A stretch of DNA of 64,000 nucleotides from an uncultured Acidobacteriota bacterium (GTDB lineage: Bacteria > Acidobacteriota > Thermoanaerobaculia > Multivoradales > UBA5704): contig OY969474.1 in assembly GCA_963700145.1 (NCBI GenBank), forward strand, positions 1,088,001-1,152,000, in the 5' to 3' direction. Positions 40,324 to 49,987 of the stretch are shown piece by piece (positions within the stretch are counted from its first letter, which is position 1; each line of letters begins with the position of its first letter). The notes under the pieces are model-generated. The model saw nothing but the letters and a program-made list of their open reading frames with translations. It was not told where the DNA came from and ran no database searches. A program made the translations under genes and the position numbers.

Positions 40324-42150
40324 TCACCGGCCGAGCAGCCGCGGCAAGCCGAGGCTCAGCGCCGGGAAGTAGGTGATCAGCAGCACGCCGGCGCCGAGGA
40401 TCGCCAGAAACGGCAGGACGTGGCGGTAGAGTTCCGGCAATGGCTTGCCGAACCGCGACGAGGAGAGGAAGAGGTTGAGGCCCACCGGCGGGAAGAGGAA
40501 GCCCAGCTCCAGGTTGGCGAGGAAGATGACCCCGAGGTGGATGGGGTCGATGCCGAAGGCGAGGCCGAGAGGCACGACGAGCGGGGCGAGGATGATGATC
40601 GCCGAGTAGATCTCGAGCACGCTCCCCAGGACGAGCAGGATGACGTTGAGCGCGAGGAGGAAGACGAAGCGCGACTCGACGTGCGTCTGCACCCAGGCCA
40701 GCAGCCGGTCCGGGACCTGGGCGTCGACGAGATAGCTGGTCAGCCCGAGCGCCGAGGCGAGGAGGATGAGGACGGCACCGGTCAGGACCGTCGACTTGAC
40801 GAGCGCCTGCGGCAGGCCGCGCCGCGGCTGGAGGTCGCGCGTCAGCAGCCACTCGACGAGGATGGCGTAGAGCAGCGCCGCGGCGGCGGTCTCGACCAGG
40901 CTGGTGAGGCCGGAGAGGAAGAGCGCCACGACGACGACCGGCAGGAGCAGCTCCCACTTCGCCGCCCACGCCGAGCGCCCCAGCTCGCCCCAGGCGAAGC
41001 GCTGGCGCGGCGCGCCGCTCTTGACGCCCGCCCAGATCCCGTAGAGGGCGACGAGGACGACCAGCAGCAGCCCGGGCAGCAGGCCGGCCAGGTACAGCTG
41101 GTCGGCGGGCGCGCTCATCTCGCGGCTGCCGGCGACGACGCTGTAGAGGATGACCGGCAGGCTCGGCGGGAAGAGCAGGCCGAGGCTGCCGGCGGCGGTG
41201 ACGAGGCCGAGGGAGAAGCCCTCCGAATATCCCTCCTCGCGCAACATGGGATAGACCAGGCCGCCGAGGGCGATGATCGTCACCCCCGACCCGCCGGTGA
41301 AGGTGGTGAAGAGAGCGCACACCGCGGCGACCATCACCGCGACGCCGCCCGGCATCCAGCCGAAGAGGGCGCGGAAGAAGCGCACCAGGCGCGAGGAGGC
41401 GCGGCTCTCGGCGAGGACGTAGCCGCAGGCGGTCAGCAGCGGGATCGCCGGCAGGGTGGGCGAGGCGATGAGGCGGTAGATCTCGGCCGGCACCGCCGAC
41501 ACCGGGACGCCGTCCTTGAAGAAGAGGACGAGCGCGATGCCGCCCATGGCGGTGAAGACCGGCGCGCCGAGCAGCGCCGCGGCGAGCACCAGGAGCGCCA
41601 ACGGCCAAGCGAGCGCCGTGGCGCGGGCGGCGAGCAGGGCCAACGCGAAGACGCCGCTGGCGGCGGCCACGGCCGCCAGCCTCCCCCACCAGCCCTCCGC
41701 GGCCCGCCAGGCGAAGCGCAGGGCGATCAGCGCCAGCGCCAGCGGCATGACGCACTCGGAGACCCATTCCGGCACGCCGCCGGGGAGGACCTTGCCCTGC
41801 TCGCGGTCGGCGAGGACGACCTGCCAGGCACCGTAGGCGAGCACCGCCGCCACCGCCGCGGCGACGCTGCCGCCGAGGAGGGCCGCCGCCCGCCGCCAGC
41901 GTCCCTCGCCGAACAGCTCGGAGGTGGAGAGCGTCAGGTGCGCGCCCTCGCGCGTGGCGAGCAGGCCGCCCAAGAAGGCCAGCCAGAGCGTGAGCTGCTG
42001 GAGGTAGGGAGCGCCGCCGGGGACGTGGAAGCCGCCGAGCGGCCGCCCGACGGCGTCGATCAGCGGCAGGGCCATCGCGGCGAGCAGCGCCGCGGCCAGG
42101 ACCGCCTCCTCGGCGCGATGCAGGAAGCGGGTGGGCGCGGCGGGGCTCAC
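40324..42150 (-). CDS. TRAP transporter fused small/large permease (DctQM)
   Basis: LPAIPLL, FTGGSGVTI, GSLGLLFPPSLP and PPVGLNLF motifs; N-terminal DctQ-like part. Confidence 0.92.
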   Translation of the reverse strand: MSPAAPTRFLHRAEEAVLAAALLAAMALPLIDAVGRPLGGFHVPGGAPYLQQLTLWLAFLGGLLATREGAHLTLSTSELFGEGRWRRAAALLGGSVAAAVAAVLAYGAWQVVLADREQGKVLPGGVPEWVSECVMPLALALIALRFAWRAAEGWWGRLAAVAAASGVFALALLAARATALAWPLALLVLAAALLGAPVFTAMGGIALVLFFKDGVPVSAVPAEIYRLIASPTLPAIPLLTACGYVLAESRASSRLVRFFRALFGWMPGGVAVMVAAVCALFTTFTGGSGVTIIALGGLVYPMLREEGYSEGFSLGLVTAAGSLGLLFPPSLPVILYSVVAGSREMSAPADQLYLAGLLPGLLLVVLVALYGIWAGVKSGAPRQRFAWGELGRSAWAAKWELLLPVVVVALFLSGLTSLVETAAAALLYAILVEWLLTRDLQPRRGLPQALVKSTVLTGAVLILLASALGLTSYLVDAQVPDRLLAWVQTHVESRFVFLLALNVILLVLGSVLEIYSAIIILAPLVVPLGLAFGIDPIHLGVIFLANLELGFLFPPVGLNLFLSSSRFGKPLPELYRHVLPFLAILGAGVLLITYFPALSLGLPRLLGR

Positions 42151-43181
42151 CGCCCTGGCGCGGCCTTGTGGGCGGCGCGGTAGGCGTCGCGGGCGCGCAT
42201 CGCCTCGTCGAAGGCGTCCGCGGGCACGATGAGGCCGCGGGCTTTCGGGTACAGCCCCTCGATCAGCTGCCGCCACTGCCGGCGCGCGGCGGCATCCACC
42301 GGCACCACCGTCAGGCCGCGCTTCTTCATCGCCTCGATGTCGCGGCCGGCCCCGGCCTTGATCTCCTCGCGCAGGCGCCGGCCGGCCTTCTCGGCCGCGG
42401 CGCGGAGCTTCCCCTGCACGTCGGCGGGCACCTTGTCCCAGGTGCCCTTGTCGACCACGACGGCGCCCAGGAGGATCTGCCAATCCAGATCGGTCATGTA
42501 CTTGGTGTGGGTGTAGTACTGCGCGATGAGCGCGACCCCCGGCGGCGTGCCGAAGGCCTGCACCAGGCCGGTCTGCAGCGCCGTGGCGAGCTCGGTCGAA
42601 GGCAGCGGCACCGGATTGAAGCGCGCCGCCTTGAGCAGCTCGACCGCCTCGGCGTTGCCCGACCAGGTGAACAGCTTGAGGGCGCGCAGGTCGTCCGGCG
42701 TCGCCACCGGTTTCTTGCTGAAGAAGCGCACCCAGCCGCCGTCCGCCCAGGCGAGGACGACGAAGCCCTTGGCCTGGAGCTTGGCTTCGATCCCCGGGCG
42801 CATCCGCTGCAGGACGCCGTAGACCTCGTCGTACGAGTCGTACATGAGCGGCACGCCGAGGGCGTAGACCGTCTCGTCGATCCGCCCCAGGCCGGCGGAG
42901 GTCAGCACGCCGGCGTTGAGCGTGCCGAGCCGCATCTTGCGCACCACGTCCGGGTCGTCCCCGGCCACGCCGCCCGGATAGAGGCGCACGACGACGCGCC
43001 CGCCCGAGGCGGTCTTCCACTCCTCGGCCATCTCCTGGAGGATGCGGTGCCACGACGAGCCCTGCGGCACGAGCGTCGCCATCTTGATGGTCAGCGGCTG
43101 CGCCGCGGCCGACGAACCCCAGGCCGCAGCGAGGGCGAGGGCGACGAGGACGATGCGGGCGATGCGGCGCGGCGCGGTCAT
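42147..43181 (-). CDS. dctP: TRAP substrate-binding protein (DctP/TatP)
   Basis: IKMATLVPQGS.W...YPGGVAGD...ALQTGLV. Confidence 0.9.
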   Translation of the reverse strand: MTAPRRIARIVLVALALAAAWGSSAAAQPLTIKMATLVPQGSSWHRILQEMAEEWKTASGGRVVVRLYPGGVAGDDPDVVRKMRLGTLNAGVLTSAGLGRIDETVYALGVPLMYDSYDEVYGVLQRMRPGIEAKLQAKGFVVLAWADGGWVRFFSKKPVATPDDLRALKLFTWSGNAEAVELLKAARFNPVPLPSTELATALQTGLVQAFGTPPGVALIAQYYTHTKYMTDLDWQILLGAVVVDKGTWDKVPADVQGKLRAAAEKAGRRLREEIKAGAGRDIEAMKKRGLTVVPVDAAARRQWRQLIEGLYPKARGLIVPADAFDEAMRARDAYRAAHKAAPGR

Positions 43182-44119
43182 TCGATGAACAGCTCCTCCG
43201 TGCGCTCGAGCAGCCAGCGGGCGCGGCGCTGGGCGAGCACGTTCGCCAGCCGCAACTCGGGCACGGCGTCGGGGTCGAGCGCGAGTGCCTGCCGCAGCAG
43301 GCGTTCGAACTCGGCGCGGTCCTGGGTGGCGACGGCCACGGTCTCGGCCCAGCTCACGAGCGGCCCGGCCCTCTTGCCCTGCGACAGCGCCAGGGCGCGC
43401 TCGAAGTGCTCCCGCGCCCTTGCAAGGGAGCCGCCCACCGAGGCCCGGGAGCCCTCGTAGACCAGGAAGAACTCGTGCAAGGCGCCCTCCTCGTAGCCCT
43501 CGTCCAGCGCCAGGGCGCGGCGCATCATCGCCTCGACGGCGCCCAGGTCGGCGGTGAGCTCGCCGTCCTCCTTGGCCAGCGCGATGGCCGCCGCCCAGGC
43601 AGCGGCCGTCCAGTAGAGCGGCGGCACGTGCTCCTTCCGGAGCCCGGCGAGCGCCGCCGCGGCGGCGCCGGGATCGGCCTGCAGCCGGGCGCGCAGGCCG
43701 GGCGCGTCGAGCTCCAGCGCGCGGAAGCCGTACCCCAGGGCGCGCAGGTAGAGGCGCCGCGCCCGGGCCCGCAGCTCGGTCGCCCGCGCCAGGTCCCGCG
43801 CCTCGACGAAGTCGGCCTCCTGCTGCACGAAGGCGTAGGCGTACTGCGTGAACCCGCTGGCGGCCGCGAGCAGCAGCTCCCGGTTACGCGGGTCGGCCGC
43901 GAGGAGGGCCTCGATCGTCTTGAGAGTGAACGGCAGCGCCCCGGCCACCAGCTCGGGGTCGTCGTCGGAAGCGTAGACGTCGCCGCCGCCCGCGAGCGCG
44001 CTGCCGAGGGAGCGGATCGCCAGCCGCCGCACCGAGCAGCCAGCCAGCGCCAGCGCGACGGCCGCCAGGAGCGCGCAGCGCCACAGCGTGCCCCCCACCG
44101 CTGCTCCGGCACCCGCCAT
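43178..44119 (-). CDS. TRAP transporter TatT component (TPR lipoprotein)
   Basis: Lipobox LAGC; DDDPELV..ALPFTLK..E; FTQYAYAFV; first gene of the TRAP operon. Confidence 0.85.
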   Translation of the reverse strand: MAGAGAAVGGTLWRCALLAAVALALAGCSVRRLAIRSLGSALAGGGDVYASDDDPELVAGALPFTLKTIEALLAADPRNRELLLAAASGFTQYAYAFVQQEADFVEARDLARATELRARARRLYLRALGYGFRALELDAPGLRARLQADPGAAAAALAGLRKEHVPPLYWTAAAWAAAIALAKEDGELTADLGAVEAMMRRALALDEGYEEGALHEFFLVYEGSRASVGGSLARAREHFERALALSQGKRAGPLVSWAETVAVATQDRAEFERLLRQALALDPDAVPELRLANVLAQRRARWLLERTEELFIE

Positions 44120-44164
44120 GGGCGGATTATCCCAGAAGGCGGCCTCCGCGGCGGAGGCGGGGGA

Positions 44165-45091
44165 TCAGGCCTGAGACCTGAGATATTTCATCCCCGAGTC
44201 GCACGCGACGGTGACGATCGTCGCGTCGCCTCCGAGCTGTTCGGCCAGCCGCAACGCGGCCACGACGTTCGCGCCGGTCGACGTCCCGGCGAAAACGCCG
44301 TCCTCCAGGGCCAGCCGGCGAGTCATGCCGACGGCCTCTTCGGTTGAAACGGATTCGATCTGGTCTGCGATGCCGTCGTGCCAGAGCGGCACGACGAACC
44401 CCGCTCCGATGCCGTCGATCTTGTGACCGCCCGGCTCGCCGCCCGACAGGACCGCGGACTCGGCAGGCTCCACGGCGACGATCCGGATTCGTTCCTTGCG
44501 GCGGCGTAGGCCCTCCGCCGTTCCCCGGAGGGACGCCGCGGTCCCGACGCTCTGCACGAAGGCGTCGATCCTTCCGCCGATCTGGCCCCAGATCTCCTCG
44601 GCCATCTTGTGATACGCCATCAGCTGATCGGTGTTCTTCAACTGATCGGTCCAGAAGCCTCCCGTCTCTTCCGCGATGACGCGGGCCGCTTCGATCATGT
44701 CCCGGGTGAGCTTCTCCGTCATCCGCCCGCCGTCGCTCGGCAGAATCTGCAGCCTCGCCCCGAGGATTGCCATGTGATCGAGCTTTTCCTGGGCGAACGC
44801 ATCGGACGTCACGAGATAGAGAGGATGGCGCTTCACGGCGCAGATCAGGGCCAGCGAGACGCCCGTGCTGCCGGCCGTGTATTCGACCACCGCACCATCC
44901 GGCCGGAGGCGCCCGTCCGCCTCCGCCGCCTCGATCATGGCAAGCGCCATCCGGTCCTTCATGCTGCCGGTAGGGTTCTCGTCCTCCAGCTTCAGCAGGA
45001 TGCGCGCCCCGTTCTCCGGCACGACGTGGCGCAATGCCAGCAACGAGGTGTTGCCGACGCAATGCAGGATGTCCGGCCGCACGTCACTCAT
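44165..45091 (-). CDS. Cysteine synthase family PLP enzyme
   Basis: KLEDENPTGSMKDR, SVGTAASL, HKIDGIG and DSGMKYL motifs. Confidence 0.88.
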   Translation of the reverse strand: MSDVRPDILHCVGNTSLLALRHVVPENGARILLKLEDENPTGSMKDRMALAMIEAAEADGRLRPDGAVVEYTAGSTGVSLALICAVKRHPLYLVTSDAFAQEKLDHMAILGARLQILPSDGGRMTEKLTRDMIEAARVIAEETGGFWTDQLKNTDQLMAYHKMAEEIWGQIGGRIDAFVQSVGTAASLRGTAEGLRRRKERIRIVAVEPAESAVLSGGEPGGHKIDGIGAGFVVPLWHDGIADQIESVSTEEAVGMTRRLALEDGVFAGTSTGANVVAALRLAEQLGGDATIVTVACDSGMKYLRSQA

Positions 45092-45131
45092 GCTGCGCTC
45101 GACGGCCTATCTGATTTCGAACGTGAAAGCC

Positions 45132-45214
45132 TGCCGGAGGTGGGATTCGAACCCACACGCCCTTGCAGGCGGGAGATTTTAAGTCTCCTGCGTCTGCCGT
45201 TCCGCCACTCCGGC
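45132..45214 (-). tRNA. tRNA-Leu (anticodon UAA)
   Basis: GCCGGAGTGGCGGAACGGCAGACGC...GACTTAAAATC...long variable arm...GGTTCGAATCCCACCTCCGGCA; CCA not encoded. Confidence 0.95.
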
Positions 45215-45227
45215 CCGATCGGCGATT

Positions 45228-46361
45228 CTAGGCTACCCACAGATTGTTGACGAAGCGGACGACGAGGTACGCCTGGAGGAGGAGCGCGCCCGCGAGGTAG
45301 CCGTACCAGAGGATGGGGCGGCGGCGCAGGGCGAGGAGCGGGCGGGCGATCGGGAAGAGGACGAGCGCGTAGCGCCCGGCCGCCAGCAGGCTGCCGCTGC
45401 CCACGACCAGCAGGGCCCCCGCCGCGACGTAGAGGCCCTCCGCCACGGCGCCGCGCCGGAAGCACCAGACCGCCGCGACGATTAGGAACACCACCGCCAG
45501 GAGGTCCACCGCCGGACCGAGATGGAGCAATCCGCGCTCGCGCAGGTTCTCGCCGATCAGACCGAGCGACCGCCCAAGCCCGGAAAGCCCCGGGGCGCGG
45601 GCCCAGCCACTGCGCTGCGCGTGGAGATAGAGGAGCGGGTCGCCGAAGCGCGCGGCGAGCCAGGCGAAGTACGCCGCCACGCCGGCGGCCGGGGCGAGCG
45701 CCGCCACGCCGGCGAAGAGCGGGCTCCGCCGCCCCTGCGGCTGCTGACCGCGCGCCTCCCGCCAGGCGATCCAGAGGAGGGGCGGGACGAGCGCCAGCGC
45801 GTGGATGCGCGTCAGCCCGGCCAGCAGCCCGAGGAGCGCCACGAGCGCCCAGCGCCGCCGGCGGGCGGCGGCGAAGACCCCCAGCGCCAGCGCCAGGAAG
45901 AGCGACTCGGTGTACGGCGCGAGGAGGTAGAAGGCCCAGGGGAAGGCGAGGAGCGCGACGACCGCGTCGCGCGGGCTTCCCTCCCCCCACTCGCGCGCGA
46001 CGTGCGCCGCGAGCAGCGCGACGGCAGCGAAGAAGGCGAGATGCGCGAGGAGGAGCCCGGCCCAGAACAGCGGCACGCCGGCCCACCAGAGCGGCCGCCA
46101 GAGCAGCGGGTAGAGCGGGAAGAGCATGACGTTGCCGACCCCGCGCGCCGCGTCCCAGGTGTAGCCCTCCTTCGCCACCGACCGGTACCAACCGGCGTCG
46201 AAGCGCGCCAGCGGCGGCGCCTCCGCCAGCGCCTCGGCGTCCCAGTCGGGACGCAGCGGCGAGGTCATCCGCCCCTCGCCCCAGGCCGCGAGGCCGTGCA
46301 CGCAGGCCGCGTAGACGACCGCCGCGAGCAGGGCGCGGCGGGCCTCGCGGAAGGACGGCAT
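45228..46361 (-). CDS. GT-C mannosyltransferase-like membrane protein (PIG-V-like)
   Basis: RFDAGWY..VA..GY, FPLYPLL and PYTESLFLAL motifs. Confidence 0.82.
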   Translation of the reverse strand: MPSFREARRALLAAVVYAACVHGLAAWGEGRMTSPLRPDWDAEALAEAPPLARFDAGWYRSVAKEGYTWDAARGVGNVMLFPLYPLLWRPLWWAGVPLFWAGLLLAHLAFFAAVALLAAHVAREWGEGSPRDAVVALLAFPWAFYLLAPYTESLFLALALGVFAAARRRRWALVALLGLLAGLTRIHALALVPPLLWIAWREARGQQPQGRRSPLFAGVAALAPAAGVAAYFAWLAARFGDPLLYLHAQRSGWARAPGLSGLGRSLGLIGENLRERGLLHLGPAVDLLAVVFLIVAAVWCFRRGAVAEGLYVAAGALLVVGSGSLLAAGRYALVLFPIARPLLALRRRPILWYGYLAGALLLQAYLVVRFVNNLWVA

Positions 46362-46372
46362 CCGGGCCGGCG

Positions 46373-47920
46373 CTACGGCGTAGCGGCGCCGACCAGCGCC
46401 TCGAGCGCCGCGCGGTCGCCGCGCTCCATCGCCAGCTCCGCGCGCAGGCTGTCCTGGTCGCGGAACACGGTGGCCACCGCCCGCACCTCGCCGCCGAGGC
46501 GGAAAGCCGCCGTCGCGCTGCGCTCCGCCAGCGAGCCCGCGAGGTCGATGCGGTCCCACTTCGTCGCGTGGCCGACGTAGGAGATCGTGACGTCGTAGTG
46601 CTGGCTCCAGAAGAAGGGCGCGTCGGTGAAGGGCCGGCGGCGGCCGAGGAGGTTGCGCGCCGCGGCCTGTCCCTGCCGCTCGGCGGCCACCCAGTGCTCG
46701 ACGCGGAGGCTCTCACCCGAGCGCGGATCGGGGTAGCGGGCGAGGTCCCCGGCCGCGAAAATGCCGGGGGCGCTGGTCTCGAGGAACGCGTCGACGACGA
46801 TGCCGTTGTCCACCCGCAAGCCGGCGCGCTCGGCGAGCGCCACCGCCGGCCGCACGCCGATGCCGGCCACCACGAGATCGGCGGGCAGGCGCTCGCCGCT
46901 CTGCAGGGTGACGTCGGCCTCGCCGATGGCGGCGGCGGTCTGGCCGAGCCGGAAGCCCACGCCCTTCTCCTCGTGCAATCCGCGCACGAAGTCGCCCAGC
47001 TCTTCTCCCAGGACGCGCTCGAGTGGGCGCTTTTCCGGCGCCACCACGACGACTTCGAGCCCGCGCGCGCGCAGCGACGCGGCGACCTCGAGGCCGATGA
47101 AGCTGGCGCCGAGGACGACGGCCCGCCGCGCCGCCCCGGCGCGGGCGATGATCGCCCGCGAGTCGGCCAGCGAGCGGAGGTAGAGAAGGCGCTCGGCGCC
47201 CGGGAGGTCGAGGCGCACCGGCTCGGCGCCGAGGGCGAGGAGCAGCCCGTCGAAGGCGAGGTCCTCGCCGCCGGCGAGCTGCAGGCGGCGGCCCGCGACG
47301 TCGAGCGCGGCGATCTCGCGGCCGAGCCGCAGCTCGATTTCCTGCTCGGCGTAGAACTCCCGCGAGCGCAGCGGGATCCACTCCTCGGGGGCGGTGCCCG
47401 CGAGGTAGTCCTTCGACAGGTTGGGGCGGTCGTACGGGACGTCCTCCTCGCGCCCCACCAGCACGATGCGGCCGCCGTACCCCTCGCGGCGCAGCATCTC
47501 GGCGGCGGCGTTGCCCGCCCCGCCGGCGCCGGCGATGACGATCGAAGCCGGTCCGCCCGGCCGCCGCGGGCGCGGCGACGGCGGCAGCTTCTCGCCGACG
47601 CGGACCCGGTCGCCCTCGCGCACGACCGCGTAGCGCGGGAGGTCGTTGAGGGCCGGCGCGCCGATCGCCTCGCCGGTGCGAACGGCGAAGCAGGCGTGGT
47701 GCCACGGGCAGCGCAGCATCTCGCCGGCCAGCAGGCCGTCGGCAAGCGGCGCGCCGTAGTGCGTGCAGTGCGCGCCGAGCGCGAAGACCTCCTCGCCGCG
47801 GCGCGCCAGGAGCACCGGCTCGCCGTGGGCGTGACCCTGGAGCAGCACGCCGTCCGCCAGCTCGGCGAGCGCGACGCCCGCCGCGAGATCGGGTCCGGAG
47901 AGCTCCTGCGTTCCGCTCAC
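46373..47920 (-). CDS. Rieske [2Fe-2S] domain fused to an FAD-dependent ferredoxin reductase
   Basis: CTHYG...CPWHH; GAGGAG; PYDRPNLSK; GASFIGLE; PFFWSQHY. Confidence 0.92.
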   Translation of the reverse strand: MSGTQELSGPDLAAGVALAELADGVLLQGHAHGEPVLLARRGEEVFALGAHCTHYGAPLADGLLAGEMLRCPWHHACFAVRTGEAIGAPALNDLPRYAVVREGDRVRVGEKLPPSPRPRRPGGPASIVIAGAGGAGNAAAEMLRREGYGGRIVLVGREEDVPYDRPNLSKDYLAGTAPEEWIPLRSREFYAEQEIELRLGREIAALDVAGRRLQLAGGEDLAFDGLLLALGAEPVRLDLPGAERLLYLRSLADSRAIIARAGAARRAVVLGASFIGLEVAASLRARGLEVVVVAPEKRPLERVLGEELGDFVRGLHEEKGVGFRLGQTAAAIGEADVTLQSGERLPADLVVAGIGVRPAVALAERAGLRVDNGIVVDAFLETSAPGIFAAGDLARYPDPRSGESLRVEHWVAAERQGQAAARNLLGRRRPFTDAPFFWSQHYDVTISYVGHATKWDRIDLAGSLAERSATAAFRLGGEVRAVATVFRDQDSLRAELAMERGDRAALEALVGAATP

Positions 47921-48522
47921 GGCGGCCCCTTGCGCAGCAGGACGTGGCGGTAGGGGCCGCGAGCCGGCTCGTCGCGCTCGACGGCGAGCGGCGCGGCGGC
48001 GGCGGCGAGGATCTCCCCCAGCCGGCGGTTGGTGCTGGTGAAGACGACGTCGAGCGCGGCCAGGGCGGCGCGGCGCAGCGGGCCGGGGCGCCGCCCCTCG
48101 GGAAGGAACTTGTCGAAGACGGCGATCCGCCCGCCGGGGCGGAGGACGCGCGCCGCCTCGGCCAGGCAGCGCGCCGGGTCGCGGAAGACCTCCAGCACCA
48201 TGTGCAGGATTGCGGCGTCGAAGGAGCCGTCGGGGAGCTGGAGGTCGTGGGCGTCCATCACCCGCAGCTCGATGCCGGGGCGGGCCCGCTCGCGCGCCTG
48301 CTCGAGCATCGCCGGGGTGAGGTCGGTCGCCACCACCTCGACGTCGGCGGGCAGGAAGGGGAGGTCGGCGCCGGTGCCGGCGCCGATCAACAGGACGCGC
48401 TCGCCGGGGCGCAGCCCGAGCAGTGCGATCGAGCGCCGGCGCTCGGCGTGGAACTTGGTGACGCGGTCGTAGAGCGGCGCCTGGAGGGTGTAGCGGAAGC
48501 GGTACCAAGCGTTGCTTGCCAC
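47917..48522 (-). CDS. Class I SAM methyltransferase (PmtA-like)
   Basis: VLLIGAGTGAD, DLTPAML and RVLRPGG motifs. Confidence 0.85.
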   Translation of the reverse strand: MASNAWYRFRYTLQAPLYDRVTKFHAERRRSIALLGLRPGERVLLIGAGTGADLPFLPADVEVVATDLTPAMLEQARERARPGIELRVMDAHDLQLPDGSFDAAILHMVLEVFRDPARCLAEAARVLRPGGRIAVFDKFLPEGRRPGPLRRAALAALDVVFTSTNRRLGEILAAAAAPLAVERDEPARGPYRHVLLRKGPP

Positions 48523-48559
48523 GCGCGGAGTCTATCCGCGGCGTCGGAGGCGGGCCGCG

Positions 48560-49903
48560 TCAGGCGGCGGGGGGCCCCTGCCAGAGGAGGGTGGCCTGTG
48601 CGAAGGGGTCGAGCGGCGCCAGCTCCATCTCCTCCAGCCGGCGGCGCGCCGCGCCGCTGCGCTCGCCCCCCAGGCGCCGCGCCAGCGCCAGCGCCGCCGC
48701 GGCCTCGGCGCGGCGGAAGCCGCAGAGGTGCGGCGCGGCGGCCCAGCCCGGCTCCGCCCGCTCCCCGGCCGCCGGCGCGGCGAGCTCGGCGCTTTGCCCG
48801 CAGGCGCGGCGGGCCCAGCACTCGGCGCAGTCGGCGAGCCGCGCGTCGCCGGCGGGGACCGTCTCGGCGAGGCGGGACGAGACGATGGGCAGGGCGGCCG
48901 CGGCCCCGCGCGCCGTGGGGTGCGTGCCGCGGGCGCGGTAGGCGCCTCCCGCCGCGGCGCTGCGCAGCAGCCGGCGGGCGACCGAAGTGAGCGGCTGGAG
49001 ATCGAGCGGTGCGCGGTCCCGCTCCAGCTGCGCGGCGCAGCGCTCCGCCAGGGTGAGGAGATCGTCGCCGTAGGCGGCGAGGTCCCGTGCCCGCGGCCCG
49101 TGCGGATGGACGCCGAGCGGCGTGACGTCGACGTGCAAGAGACCGAGCCGCACCGCCCAGCGGACGAGGCTGCGGAGCCGCGCTCCCGGCCCGAGCACCG
49201 CCTGGAAGGTGAGCCGGCCGGGCATCTCCGCGAGCACCCGCCGCACGGCCCGCTCCGCTACCCACCAGCCCGCCGGCGGCGCGGTGTTGGCGGCGCGCGC
49301 CTCGCCGGCCAGCCGCAGGCGGAGCGGGGTGCCGGCAAGGTAGCGGACGATGCTGCTGCTGACCGCCGGCGCCGCCAGCGCCAGCTCCTGCAGCGTCTCG
49401 ATCCCGCTCTCGTAGGCCCGCCGCTCAGCCTCGAGCACCGCCCGGTCGAGCGCCGAGACGGCCGGGAAGGCGCCGCCGCAGGCGAGATGGAGCACGACGC
49501 GCGCCGCCCCCGCCGCCACCGCCGCGTCGAAGACCGCGTCGAGGGCGCCGGCGAGCAGATCCTCCTCCACCGCCAGGTCCACCCGCGCGTGGAGGTCGCC
49601 GTCGAGCAGCAGGCGGCCGGCGGGCGCACGCCCTGCCGGCTCCGCGGTCTCGCCCGCCGCCGGGGCGGCGTACGCCGACTCCGAGGTGATCAGCCCGGCA
49701 CTCACCAGCCAGTCGATGAGCGGCTCGTCGAAGTCGCCGCACTCGAGCGCCGCGGCGAGGTGGAGCCGCAGCTCCTGCGGCACTTCCACCTCCGCCGCCC
49801 GCTCAAGGTCGTAGACCCGGCGGCAGGAGCCGTCGGGTTCGACGAGCGGCTGCAGGGGCCGCAGGCGCAAGGTCCCGGGGAGGGGGATCGAAGCGGTATC
49901 CAT
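48560..49903 (-). CDS. Degenerate radical-SAM/SPASM-like protein lacking CxxxCxxC
   Basis: C-terminal CAECWARRACG...HLC resembles the end of a SPASM domain; barrel-like segments; no CxxxCxxC. Confidence 0.55.
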   Translation of the reverse strand: MDTASIPLPGTLRLRPLQPLVEPDGSCRRVYDLERAAEVEVPQELRLHLAAALECGDFDEPLIDWLVSAGLITSESAYAAPAAGETAEPAGRAPAGRLLLDGDLHARVDLAVEEDLLAGALDAVFDAAVAAGAARVVLHLACGGAFPAVSALDRAVLEAERRAYESGIETLQELALAAPAVSSSIVRYLAGTPLRLRLAGEARAANTAPPAGWWVAERAVRRVLAEMPGRLTFQAVLGPGARLRSLVRWAVRLGLLHVDVTPLGVHPHGPRARDLAAYGDDLLTLAERCAAQLERDRAPLDLQPLTSVARRLLRSAAAGGAYRARGTHPTARGAAAALPIVSSRLAETVPAGDARLADCAECWARRACGQSAELAAPAAGERAEPGWAAAPHLCGFRRAEAAAALALARRLGGERSGAARRRLEEMELAPLDPFAQATLLWQGPPAA

Positions 49904-49987
49904 CGACGGCAGGGTTCCAAAGTAGAACCGTTGCCGCTGGGGCCGAAAGGGGGACACCCGGCCGAGAAGTCGTCTATGGCGAAATAG

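Noticed and set aside
44140-44166. GGCGGAGGCGGGGGATC as a possible att copy of a tRNA 3' end
   Set aside because: Poor match to the adjacent tRNA-Leu end; better explained as a short GC hairpin after the gene.
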